The position numbers and the translations under genes are program-made. From an uncultured Candidatus Saccharibacteria bacterium (GTDB taxonomy: Bacteria; Patescibacteriota; Minisyncoccia; Phycocordibacterales; WO2-35-19), in NCBI GenBank assembly GCA_964589445.1, contig CAZPQX010000002.1, positions 91,882-155,881 on the forward strand: DNA of 64,000 nt, in the 5' to 3' direction. The notes beneath the pieces were generated by a model, which saw only the letters and a program-made list of their open reading frames with translations, searched no databases and was not told the origin of the DNA. Positions 1 through 7,399 of this stretch are shown piece after piece (the first letter of the stretch is position 1; every line of letters starts with the position of its first letter).

Positions 1-254
1 TAAGAGAAGCAAAAATTTTGGAAAATATTTTGGGTAAAGATAGGCTTCAAACAAATGATGTAACTGTAAGTATTGGTATTGCTTTTGGAGACAAGTATTC
101 AAATTGGGAACATATAATGAGCAATGCAGATAACACTGTATATCATTCTAAACACAGTGGTAGGGACAAAGTCTCTGTATTTGACCCAAAGGGTCAAGCT
201 CCTGTCGTTTCTAGTGAAGTCGATATAAATACTCTAAATAATTTCAAATCATAA
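1..254 (+). CDS. GGDEF-domain (diguanylate cyclase-like) protein, C-terminal fragment; 5' end lies outside window
   Basis: Frame continues to window edge; C-terminal GGDEF-like signature SIGIA...ADxxxYxxKxxGRDKV. Confidence 0.5.
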   Translation, partial: REAKILENILGKDRLQTNDVTVSIGIAFGDKYSNWEHIMSNADNTVYHSKHSGRDKVSVFDPKGQAPVVSSEVDINTLNNFKS

Positions 255-258
255 TTTT

Positions 259-522
259 TTGCTGAGTTGTGGGGTTGGTGGTAGGATGAATATTAGGAGA
301 GCTTCTATGTGTCTACGGGAACAGCAAGCTTTTTACCTTTTACCCAAAAGCCTCAATATGATCGGGAGTGTTGAGGGTGGGGGTGGCTTTACCTTGTACT
401 TTAAAAAATGGATTGGCCGCCGCGCCATACCATTTGGGAGAATAAGGTATATTCTCGGTATGACCGGGAAGGAAACTACTGTTAATTTTGACATGGGGCC
501 GCCCGAAAACTTCATCGGGTAG
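259..522 (+). CDS. hypothetical small protein (GC-rich ORFan)
   Basis: 87-aa ORF, GC clearly above neighbouring housekeeping genes; no recognisable motif. Confidence 0.25.
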   Translation: MLSCGVGGRMNIRRASMCLREQQAFYLLPKSLNMIGSVEGGGGFTLYFKKWIGRRAIPFGRIRYILGMTGKETTVNFDMGPPENFIG

Positions 523-552
523 GGCAGAAAGGAGCTTTTTGGAAAAGGCGGG

Positions 553-596
553 GTAAGGGCGGCAGTCTACGGACAGCTGCCCTTTTGAGTTTTTAA
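553..596 (+). terminator. GC-rich hairpin + T-run (repeat copy 1 of 2), terminator-like
   Basis: gggcggcagtctacggacagctgccc followed by ttttgagttttt; near-identical copy at 1189-1232. Confidence 0.5.
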
Positions 597-644
597 ATAT
601 TGTAATTTTATATAAATTGATGTATAATAATAATTAGGCCAGAT

Positions 645-1172
645 ATGTACAAAACGAGTTTGACTAAGCGACAGCTCTCTGCGCTTCGTGCAGAGGGTTT
701 TATTCATGTAACGGGAATGTCATATATCCCTTGTTATGAATCATCGGGCGGTAGGGAGTTTTATTTCCCCGAGTCTCAGCGTGGCAGGTGGGCTGAGCGT
801 GAGGGATTCATACTCGCTGTTCTGTGGAACGGCGAAGTGTGGATGAGGTATTCGGACAAAAATGTCCGATACAAAGAGGATGAGGAAGACACTCCTCTAC
901 TCATCGAAATCCCGACCAAGCTTCTCAATGAGACGCTAGGTCTTACTCGCGTGTCTTTCTCGGTCTTTGGGAGGCGGGGGATAGAGGAAGACAGCTTGAC
1001 GGATGGGTCTTTCCTCGAAGAGGTCTACCCACGGATCGCCAACCCCTACTATGGAGTCCGTTATTCCAATGACCCAAACCCAAACCAACCTCGGAAGAGG
1101 AAGAAGGGTAAAAGAAGAAAACCCAACGAGGTAGATTTCCTCGGGGATGAGTTTCTCCCTGGGAAATTTTAG
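645..1172 (+). CDS. hypothetical protein (GC-rich ORFan) with very basic C-terminal patch PRKRKKGKRRKP
   Basis: 175-aa ORF preceded by AT-rich promoter-like region; flanked on both sides by the same hairpin repeat. Confidence 0.45.
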   Translation: MYKTSLTKRQLSALRAEGFIHVTGMSYIPCYESSGGREFYFPESQRGRWAEREGFILAVLWNGEVWMRYSDKNVRYKEDEEDTPLLIEIPTKLLNETLGLTRVSFSVFGRRGIEEDSLTDGSFLEEVYPRIANPYYGVRYSNDPNPNQPRKRKKGKRRKPNEVDFLGDEFLPGKF

Positions 1173-1188
1173 CAGGCACTTGAGTGTA

Positions 1189-1232
1189 TGTGGGGCGGCG
1201 GTCTTCGGACAGCCGCCCTTTTGAGTTTTTAA
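1189..1232 (+). terminator. GC-rich hairpin + T-run (repeat copy 2 of 2)
   Basis: ggggcggcggtcttcggacagccgccc + ttttgagttttt; compensatory changes keep the stem. Confidence 0.5.
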
Positions 1233-1369
1233 AAATGTTAAAAAAATGGTTGCTATTGTACTTTGTGGTGTGGTCTAATTTGGGAGCAGAAGATTTAAAA
1301 AAGTACATTAAAATGGTAGAGTGTTTTTGTTGTTAATGGGTGCCTTCGCTAAGCTTACGGCAACCCAAA

Positions 1370-1454
1370 GGAGGGTTCGCATAGCGGTCTAGTGCAGTCG
1401 CTTGGAAAGCGGCCGTGGGGAAACCCACCAAGAGTTCGAATCTCTTACCCTCCG
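1370..1454 (+). tRNA. tRNA-Ser (anticodon GGA), long variable arm, CCA not encoded
   Basis: Acceptor GGAGGGT/ACCCTCC, D stem GCA/TGC, anticodon stem GTCGC/GCGGC with loop TTGGAAA, variable arm GTGGG-GAAA-CCCAC, T arm AAGAG-TTCGAAT-CTCTT, discriminator G. Confidence 0.8.
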
Positions 1455-1572
1455 CAATGATCCGCAAGAATGGATGGGAACCATTTGAGCGGGGCATCAT
1501 TTCGAGAGAGGGAAGAGATGAGAAAGACGGAGGCGGTATACAAGCGAGCAAAGCGAGGCTTGTCGCCGAGTC

Positions 1573-1630
1573 GGGGTCGCGGAAATTTTGTGCAACAAAA
1601 TTATCTGTGACCGAATCTCTTACCCTCCGC
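1573..1630 (+). repeat. tRNA-linked conserved hairpin element (GGTCGCGG...CTGTGACC with inner AT hairpin) fused to a 19-nt direct copy of the tRNA-Ser 3' end
   Basis: cgaatctcttaccctccgc at 1612-1630 repeats 1437-1455; the hairpin part is homologous to 8095-8141 next to tRNA-Gly. Confidence 0.6.
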
Positions 1631-1802
1631 TAAAAAACAATGACCTCAGTTTTTTTCTAATAATCACTGGCCTACGGCAGAATACCCTTCATGTCTCTAA
1701 AGATTAAAATATTTTAAATTGGTTCTGACCCATCTTAAAACCAAGCAGGAAAATTTTACTAAGATATCCTTACAAGGCTTGTGAATGTTGGGTAATTATT
1801 AC

Positions 1803-2759
1803 TTAAATTAGCTTATTCACTCTGAATTTATAGAATTCTTGGATAAATATTTTTAACTCCTCGAGTAATTTTTTATTTTGGTGGAAGCCAAATTTTATAG
1901 AATTCATAAGAGTATGATAATTGATAGTTTGGATTAACTCTTTTTTGTCCGTGATATCTTTTCTTTTGGAATTTTTTCCTGTTCCATATTTAGGGTATCT
2001 GGCGATAATCATAATCCTTGGGCTTAAAACAAAAGATTGCTCTCTTGATAAGAAATCATTTCCCCAAAATTTATCACTTAGAGAAATATCTTTATAAGGT
2101 GTATCGGTAGTAATGAATTCTCCTTTGTGTGATATATAAATTATCCAATACTTTGCAGATAATAAATTGCAAAAACCTGGGAAATTTTTAAATAGCTGCA
2201 TATGGTGCATATTCCCAAGATCAACAGAGTACTCTTCTTTGTCTGCAAAATCTATCATATCTTGTTTTGTGAGACCTGCTTTTTCTATCATTTTTTTCAT
2301 TTCTGGATCTTGATTAGAAAAACGAACAATCATCTTATTCATTTCTTTTATAATTCTTTCAGATATCTCCTGGGATTCTTGTCTATGTTTTTTCCCTCGG
2401 ATCCATAGAAATAACATAAATTCCGACAAGTGATATTTATCCACATATGTTATTTCTTGATTTTCCAATATCTTTTTTTCTAAACCTGGTAATTCTTTAA
2501 AGAAGATTGTTTCAATTTCCGTTAGAAATTCCTCCATTGTTTGACTTATATCATCTTCTTTACCAGTATGTTGGGCATAGAAATAGTTCTCATAACAAAA
2601 TCTGCTTGGTCCTGATTTTTCATTGAAAATATTAAGTTCAGGAGGTTCTTTATTTTCTATCCTTATTGGGTAAAAACTCTCTGATGAATCTGTCCATTGT
2701 CTTAGGTAGAATTGAGGAACGTAGTGCTGTTTTATTGTTTTTTGCTTTTCTTTAATCAT
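1803..2759 (-). CDS. DUF4238-family protein (defence-associated family; assignment from N-terminal HYVPQFYL motif)
   Basis: 318 aa; N-terminus MIKEKQKTIKQHYVPQFYLRQW matches my recollection of the DUF4238 hallmark; AT-rich. Confidence 0.5.
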   Translation of the reverse strand: MIKEKQKTIKQHYVPQFYLRQWTDSSESFYPIRIENKEPPELNIFNEKSGPSRFCYENYFYAQHTGKEDDISQTMEEFLTEIETIFFKELPGLEKKILENQEITYVDKYHLSEFMLFLWIRGKKHRQESQEISERIIKEMNKMIVRFSNQDPEMKKMIEKAGLTKQDMIDFADKEEYSVDLGNMHHMQLFKNFPGFCNLLSAKYWIIYISHKGEFITTDTPYKDISLSDKFWGNDFLSREQSFVLSPRIMIIARYPKYGTGKNSKRKDITDKKELIQTINYHTLMNSIKFGFHQNKKLLEELKIFIQEFYKFRVNKLI

Positions 2760-2842
2760 TAATATTAAAGATTCTGTTCTAAATATATCAATATTGCAAT
2801 CTCTAAAATCCCTAAATTTTATTTCAGTGGTATTATTTACTC

Positions 2843-3427
2843 ATGGAAAATGAAGAAGTGGGGGTGGTAGGGAATAGTGCAGAAGGCACTACAGAAAACA
2901 GTGTAGGAGTGCCTAGTGCTGTAGAGGCGCCTGTGGAGTCTAGTGTAGAAGCTCCGCAACCCGTCGCTGATACACCTGTGCAAACAGAAGTACCGGCGCC
3001 CGAGCAGCCTGCTGTAGAAACTCCAGTACAAGTAGAAATGCGTACAGAGTCTGCTCCTAACCCTACTCCTGAACCTGTGGCAGTGCAGAGTGATGCTCAA
3101 TCTACAAACTCAATAACAGAGATGGCTCAAGTGCCAGAGCAGGTGGAGCAGCCTGCAACGGAACCCATGCTTCCTGAGAAAAATAAAAGTTTTATAAAAG
3201 AGCTTTTTGCTAAAGGTGCGGCAAAAATACAACTAAAAAAGAGATTGGGAATAGAAAAAATCATGAGTTTGTTTGCAAAGAAACATCAAATAACAAATGA
3301 CGAGGTGGAGAAAGCTCTGCATGTCTCTGACGCTACAGCTACGAGGTACCTTGAGCAATTAGAAAAGGAAAATAAGATCAAACAAAACGGAAAGACTGGC
3401 AAGGGAGTCACATATACAAAAAACTAG
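2843..3427 (+). CDS. hypothetical protein: acidic P/E/V-rich low-complexity N-half, C-terminal winged-HTH-like segment
   Basis: 194 aa; C-terminal ...ITNDEVEKALHVSDATATRYLEQLEKENKIKQNGKTGKGVTYTK resembles a wHTH DNA-binding domain. Confidence 0.45.
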   Translation: MENEEVGVVGNSAEGTTENSVGVPSAVEAPVESSVEAPQPVADTPVQTEVPAPEQPAVETPVQVEMRTESAPNPTPEPVAVQSDAQSTNSITEMAQVPEQVEQPATEPMLPEKNKSFIKELFAKGAAKIQLKKRLGIEKIMSLFAKKHQITNDEVEKALHVSDATATRYLEQLEKENKIKQNGKTGKGVTYTKN

Positions 3428-3430
3428 GTT

Positions 3431-4813
3431 TTAACTCCTCTGATCCTCTGGGTCAAAGATGGATTTGGGGAGGGGGTCGCCGTTTATGAATTGTGAAATC
3501 CTCTTTGCGCCGAAGATGGAAGGTAAAATGCCGACGCCGTTGCAGCCGAGGTTGTAGAGGAGAGTAGGATTTACTGGCTCGGGACCTACGCGCCTAATAC
3601 CATTTGGAGTGTAGCCCATGAGGCCGTGCCAAGAAAAAGAATATTCTATTTTTTCGCCTGGGTATTTGGCATAATTTTTGCTCAAAAAGTCGTCTATCGT
3701 GTAATTTGTTTCTTCGGAGTGGAAGTCGTGGCGAGAGTAGGAGGCACCGTTTGGCAACACCTTTTCAGGTCCGCCGGTGCAGACTAAGTTGTATGAATCT
3801 TTCCCTTCGTGCTCGTGGGGGCGCCTCGTGAGATAAAAATAATTCTCGCCGGTCGGGTCGCTATTTTTGTCGTTTGTCTTTGGGAAATAGCTTATGGCGA
3901 TGGGGGAGTTGTTCATCGGTTCGAAGTAGCCAGACATGTAGCCGATGCGGCCGTTTACAGAATGATGAAAACTTGTGTCTATGTCACGCCCTGCTTGATT
4001 GTTTATGGTGAAATTTTCAAAACCGTTTGTGCATAGGACCACTCTCTCGGCTATTACTCTATGCTCTAAAACTTTGAGCTCTGTACTTTTTTCTTTGAGC
4101 AGCACTTCTTTGACGGGGCTGCCTTCATAAAAATCAAAACGCTCAGGATATTTGGCTATAAGGTAGCCTAAGAGCTCTTCGGAAAAGAGGGCGCTGTTTA
4201 GACATCCTTTTTGGTAGGAAAGGCAAGCTATGTAATCAGGATTGTCTGTTTCTAAAAGAGACATCAAATCTTTTTGAGGGACTATCTTGTATAAGTCTTT
4301 ATATTCTACGGGTATGTTTTTGAGCTCCGGCCACTCTTCGGCTACTACTATGGACTCGGTTTGCAAGCCGCCCGTGACGCGATGGCGGTTGTTTTGTAAA
4401 TGGAGGATAAGGTTTTCGAAACTAGAAACTCCAGCATAGCCGACAAATCTATACACCGGCACTTGGAGACGCGCTTCTTCTATTATTTCGTCTAGCAAAA
4501 TCCAAGCTGATTCTACTGACCTTTGACCGTCTATCGCCAAATCAAAACCAAACTCTTCTACCAAGTCACTGAGCGGCCTTTCGAAATAGCTGGCTATTTG
4601 CCCGGCGTTGTGACCTGTGGCTCCGTGGGCTACTTTGTCGGCTTCTAGAAGTGTGACTTTTTTGTCTGTATTTTTGAGAGTGAAAAAGGCTGTGGTGATG
4701 CCGGCTATGCCGCCGCCTACGATGGCTACATCGGTACTTATGTCTCCGCTTAAAGGTACGACTGGCCTAGATTGCTTGAGCTGCTGTATCCACGGTGAAT
4801 GGTTGGGTATCAT
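3431..4813 (-). CDS. FAD-dependent oxidoreductase (DAO/glycine-oxidase-like)
   Basis: N-terminal Rossmann dinucleotide motif VAIVGGGIAGITTA; 460 aa. Confidence 0.7.
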   Translation of the reverse strand: MIPNHSPWIQQLKQSRPVVPLSGDISTDVAIVGGGIAGITTAFFTLKNTDKKVTLLEADKVAHGATGHNAGQIASYFERPLSDLVEEFGFDLAIDGQRSVESAWILLDEIIEEARLQVPVYRFVGYAGVSSFENLILHLQNNRHRVTGGLQTESIVVAEEWPELKNIPVEYKDLYKIVPQKDLMSLLETDNPDYIACLSYQKGCLNSALFSEELLGYLIAKYPERFDFYEGSPVKEVLLKEKSTELKVLEHRVIAERVVLCTNGFENFTINNQAGRDIDTSFHHSVNGRIGYMSGYFEPMNNSPIAISYFPKTNDKNSDPTGENYFYLTRRPHEHEGKDSYNLVCTGGPEKVLPNGASYSRHDFHSEETNYTIDDFLSKNYAKYPGEKIEYSFSWHGLMGYTPNGIRRVGPEPVNPTLLYNLGCNGVGILPSIFGAKRISQFINGDPLPKSIFDPEDQRS

Positions 4814-4922
4814 GAGGTTAGATTATACCAAAAAACACAAAATCGGGTATAACAGAAATAAAATTAGCTTCTCTCACTCGATTTAAGTTTTGATTTTTGG
4901 AAAAAGTAGTAGTATTTGGTAA

Positions 4923-5153
4923 ATGAAAGAGAGAATAATAAAAGTAAAAGTGTCGGCGGGGGCAAAGACAGAAAAACTCGAGGAGATTGCTCCTGATGTT
5001 TTTAAGGTGAGGGTGTCTGCTCCGCCAGAAAAGGGGAAGGCAAATGCGAGAGTCGCAGAAATTTTGGCGAAACATTTTGAGGTACCAATGTCGAGAGTAA
5101 TGCTACTCAGTGGGCAGACTTATAGAGAGAAAATATTTTGTATACAAATGTAG
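4923..5153 (+). CDS. DUF167/YggU-family small protein
   Basis: 76 aa; EKGKANARVAEILAKHFEVPMSRVMLLSGQTYREK resembles the UPF0235 signature. Confidence 0.55.
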   Translation: MKERIIKVKVSAGAKTEKLEEIAPDVFKVRVSAPPEKGKANARVAEILAKHFEVPMSRVMLLSGQTYREKIFCIQM

Positions 5154-5156
5154 GTG

Positions 5157-5582
5157 CTAGCAGTCGCCACCTTCAAATTGCTCTAGGGTGCACCAAGGGC
5201 CGCCGCTTGGATCTACTTGCCACACTCCGCCAACTTTCCTTGCATGAATGATTATGTTTCCAAGGTCGCCTTCTTCACCTTTATTTACTATCATCTCCAC
5301 TGCATCATTTTTCCTTTTTTCTATCGATATATCGTATGAATTGGGCACACCTTTTGGAAGTTTGTATTCGTTCATAAAGGTGTCGACGGAATTTTTGAGC
5401 TGTTCTTTTTCGATATCTGAAAGTTCTATATTACTTGTCAGGGTTATCTCATTTTTTATCTGGGCTTTTTGTTCAACTGTAAGGTTGTCTCTGTCACTAG
5501 TATTTTTGTTTGTGTATGTGTAGGTAAATACCCCTGAGGCTAGTATCAGAATAATAAGTATAATTTTTTTATTCTTGGTCAT
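5157..5582 (-). CDS. hypothetical secreted/lipoprotein-like protein
   Basis: N-terminal hydrophobic signal-anchor KKIILIILILASGVF; 141 aa. Confidence 0.4.
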   Translation of the reverse strand: MTKNKKIILIILILASGVFTYTYTNKNTSDRDNLTVEQKAQIKNEITLTSNIELSDIEKEQLKNSVDTFMNEYKLPKGVPNSYDISIEKRKNDAVEMIVNKGEEGDLGNIIIHARKVGGVWQVDPSGGPWCTLEQFEGGDC

Positions 5583-5976
5583 TTATTTTATAAATACTAT
5601 TACAGGAATTAGAGAGATCTTGAATTTTTAATAGCAACTCTTTTAAGTTGCCGCCTTCTGCCATGGTCTGTGCATCGTCTAATTCTTCCCATACAAGCCT
5701 CGCGTAATTATCATCTCCTGAGCGTAACATATAAGTATAGGCAAGCTCTACTCGGAATATCACTTTTTCTTCTAGGGTTGTGCCTGGCCTGTCTGTCTCT
5801 TCGTATCTTTCATTTTTCCATTTAAAAAGTTTTTCTGGACTAAAATCATCCGGTATTTTGCTTAAGTCTAAACCAAATTCTGTAAAAAAAACATCAATCC
5901 TTCTTTTTAAATTTTCAAAGCTTTCTGCAATAGTAACTCTATTTTCTCGTTCAATTTTTTTATTTAAATCTTCCAT
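5569..5976 (-). CDS. hypothetical acidic protein; first gene downstream of sRNA candidate 1 and its terminator
   Basis: 135-aa ORF, overlaps next gene by 14 nt (operon-like). Confidence 0.4.
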   Translation of the reverse strand: MEDLNKKIERENRVTIAESFENLKRRIDVFFTEFGLDLSKIPDDFSPEKLFKWKNERYEETDRPGTTLEEKVIFRVELAYTYMLRSGDDNYARLVWEELDDAQTMAEGGNLKELLLKIQDLSNSCNSIYKINDQE

Positions 5977-6001
5977 GTAATTAAGTATATCAGAATTTTT
6001 T

Positions 6002-6101
6002 TATGAAAATGAAAAGGTCCGAGAGTTCATCACTCTCGGACCTAGGGTGGTAACCGCGGCTCGCTTTTGGAGCGGGCCATGACAGAATTACCATCCCAAC
6101 A
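6002..6101 (-). ncRNA. candidate structured sRNA-1 (~95 nt), identity unknown
   Basis: GC-rich island immediately downstream of a minus-strand TTGACA-N16-TATACT promoter; 5' GGGAUGGUAA pairs with UUACCACCC; ends in hairpin GGUCCGAGAGU...ACUCUCGGACC + UUUUCAUUUU. Confidence 0.4.
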
Positions 6102-6107
6102 TAATTA

Positions 6108-6135
6108 AGTATAGCATATATAAAAAACTTGTCAA
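6108..6135 (-). promoter_or_regulatory. sigma70-type promoter TTGACA-N16-TATACT (copy 1)
   Basis: Plus-strand tgtcaa 6130-6135 and agtata 6108-6113; 16-nt spacer. Confidence 0.55.
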
Positions 6136-6178
6136 GTATGAAAATGAATTATAAATGTATTTAAAAGGGGAGGGTTTT

Positions 6179-6442
6179 TATGAAAATGAAAAGGCTCGGA
6201 GACATCTTACGATAATCTTCCGAGCCAAACTTTAGAAGAGTGATACTTCCTCCCTACGTCTACTGCGAGTCGGCTAAATAGTGCCGCCACCAGACCCCGC
6301 ACATCAGCAACCTGCTGACCGGGGGAGTTAAACATCAGAGCTGTCTCCAGTAGTGGACCGCCTACGCGTATGGGGCGATGAAGAACTAAACGAGCCCGTG
6401 ACGCGCTGCGGCCGACCATAAAACTGGACTACCACTCTTCTG
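6179..6442 (-). ncRNA. candidate structured sRNA-2 (~260 nt), identity unknown (6S/SRP/other not resolvable by eye)
   Basis: Downstream of perfect-consensus TTGACA-N16-TATAAT; 5' CCAGAAGAGUG pairs with 3' CACUCUUCU (closing helix); ends in hairpin GGCUCGGAAG...CUCCGAGCC + UUUUCAUUUU. Confidence 0.45.
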
Positions 6443-6448
6443 GTATCA

Positions 6449-6476
6449 ATTATAGCATATATAAAAAACTTGTCAA
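6449..6476 (-). promoter_or_regulatory. sigma70-type promoter TTGACA-N16-TATAAT (copy 2, perfect consensus hexamers)
   Basis: Plus-strand tgtcaa 6471-6476, attata 6449-6454; surrounding ~80 bp duplicated from 6095-6180. Confidence 0.6.
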
Positions 6477-6522
6477 GTATGAAAATGAATTATAAATGTA
6501 TTTAAAAGGGGAGGGTTTTTAT

Positions 6523-6554
6523 GTATACTTTTGAAAAAGCGGGTATGGTTTAGT
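6523..6554 (+). repeat. partial duplicate of the tRNA-Gly promoter -10 region plus first 16 nt of tRNA-Gly
   Basis: gtatacttttgaaaaagcgggtatggtttagt identical to 7488-7519. Confidence 0.7.
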
Positions 6555-6637
6555 CTGTCTATTGATTAAAATATTTGGTTTGTTATAATTGTATTCATAT
6601 TTGGGGTTACCCACGTTCCCTCGAAAGAGGGAGAATA

Positions 6638-7027
6638 TCATGAATAAAGACGGAGAAATCCGTCCTTTATTTTTATAATATCTTTTTCGTCTAGAGTTCC
6701 CATTTTTTCATACATTCTCAAAAAGCTTAGAACTCTAACTTGTGCTAAGTTGGCGACAATGTCCTTTCCTTGAAAATTTATTTCTGTATACCAAGTTCCA
6801 GTTTTTCCTTTTGTTGAAAGAGGTATCGCGAGGAAACCATTTACACTTAATTTTTTATAAATATAAACTGGTCTAGAAAATGGCTTTCCTTTACCATTGA
6901 CCTCTATTCCTACATTTTCTCCGATAGCACACCACCAAACTTCTCCTTCTTTAAATAAAGGTGGCTTGTGCTCGTTTTTATGAATCTTTTCTTTTAGTCC
7001 AATCCATTCTAAAAATCTTTTTATCAT
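6638..7027 (-). CDS. MazF/PemK-family endoribonuclease-like toxin, no adjacent protein antitoxin ORF
   Basis: 129 aa; KEGEVWWCAIGENVGIEVNGKGKPFSRPVYIYKK...FLAIPLSTKGK...VANLAQVRVLS parallels MazF/EndoA motifs (GDVY..D...G.E..G.RP..V..., P.TS..K, Q.R..D). Confidence 0.55.
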   Translation of the reverse strand: MIKRFLEWIGLKEKIHKNEHKPPLFKEGEVWWCAIGENVGIEVNGKGKPFSRPVYIYKKLSVNGFLAIPLSTKGKTGTWYTEINFQGKDIVANLAQVRVLSFLRMYEKMGTLDEKDIIKIKDGFLRLYS

Positions 7028-7111
7028 TTTTAAAAATTTGTATCTTTTAAAATTAGTTGCATGAGATATTTAAATTATATCAATAAATATGATGATAATG
7101 GTGTTTGTTTA

Positions 7112-7365
7112 GGTAATAAGAAAGACCGCGTCCTATTGGGCGCGGTCTGTGAGGATTCTTGGAGCGTTCCAGTGTTTTCGCTCCTCAGGTCTTTGACCAA
7201 ATGATCCTCTTTGAAAAAGAGTCTGTTTCCAGGTCTCTCTGGAGTAGTGGTTACTGGAAGGAACACACTCCCGACGGGGTTTTCACCTGTCGTAAACTCA
7301 CGAGATAGTCACAACAGACCAATCCATACCACCTCCTTGCGGAGCAGGTAAGCTCGTGATTGTCT
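7112..7365 (-). ncRNA. candidate structured sRNA-3 (~255 nt) transcribed toward the MazF-like gene
   Basis: Starts ~7 nt downstream of TTGACA-N16-TATACT; contains CUCC-GCAA-GGAG (GNRA hairpin) and CACGAG...CUCGUG pairing; ends in AGACCGCG...CGCGGUCU + UUUCUUAUU. Confidence 0.45.
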
Positions 7366-7371
7366 GTTTAT

Positions 7372-7399
7372 AGTATAGCAGAACTATGGAATTTGTCAA
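7372..7399 (-). promoter_or_regulatory. sigma70-type promoter TTGACA-N16-TATACT (copy 3)
   Basis: Plus-strand tgtcaa 7394-7399, agtata 7372-7377. Confidence 0.55.

Noticed and set aside
1333-1633. Track ORFs 1333-1551 (-) and 1415-1633 (+) in a GC-rich patch
   Set aside because: They overlap tRNA-Ser and the structured tRNA-linked element. GC-rich RNA regions in AT-rich genomes generate spurious ORFs.
6002-6101. sRNA-1 as 4.5S SRP RNA
   Set aside because: Size and single-hairpin shape fit, but the apical loop is CAAAAGC and there is no GNRA tetraloop or AGCAG/GGAA domain IV signature. Left as unclassified.
7112-7365. sRNA-3 as RNase P RNA or tmRNA
   Set aside because: No AGGAAAGUCCGGGC (P4) or ACAGAA.CCGGCUUA; no tRNA-like acceptor/T-arm at the ends. 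Contains only a partial GGUGAAA.
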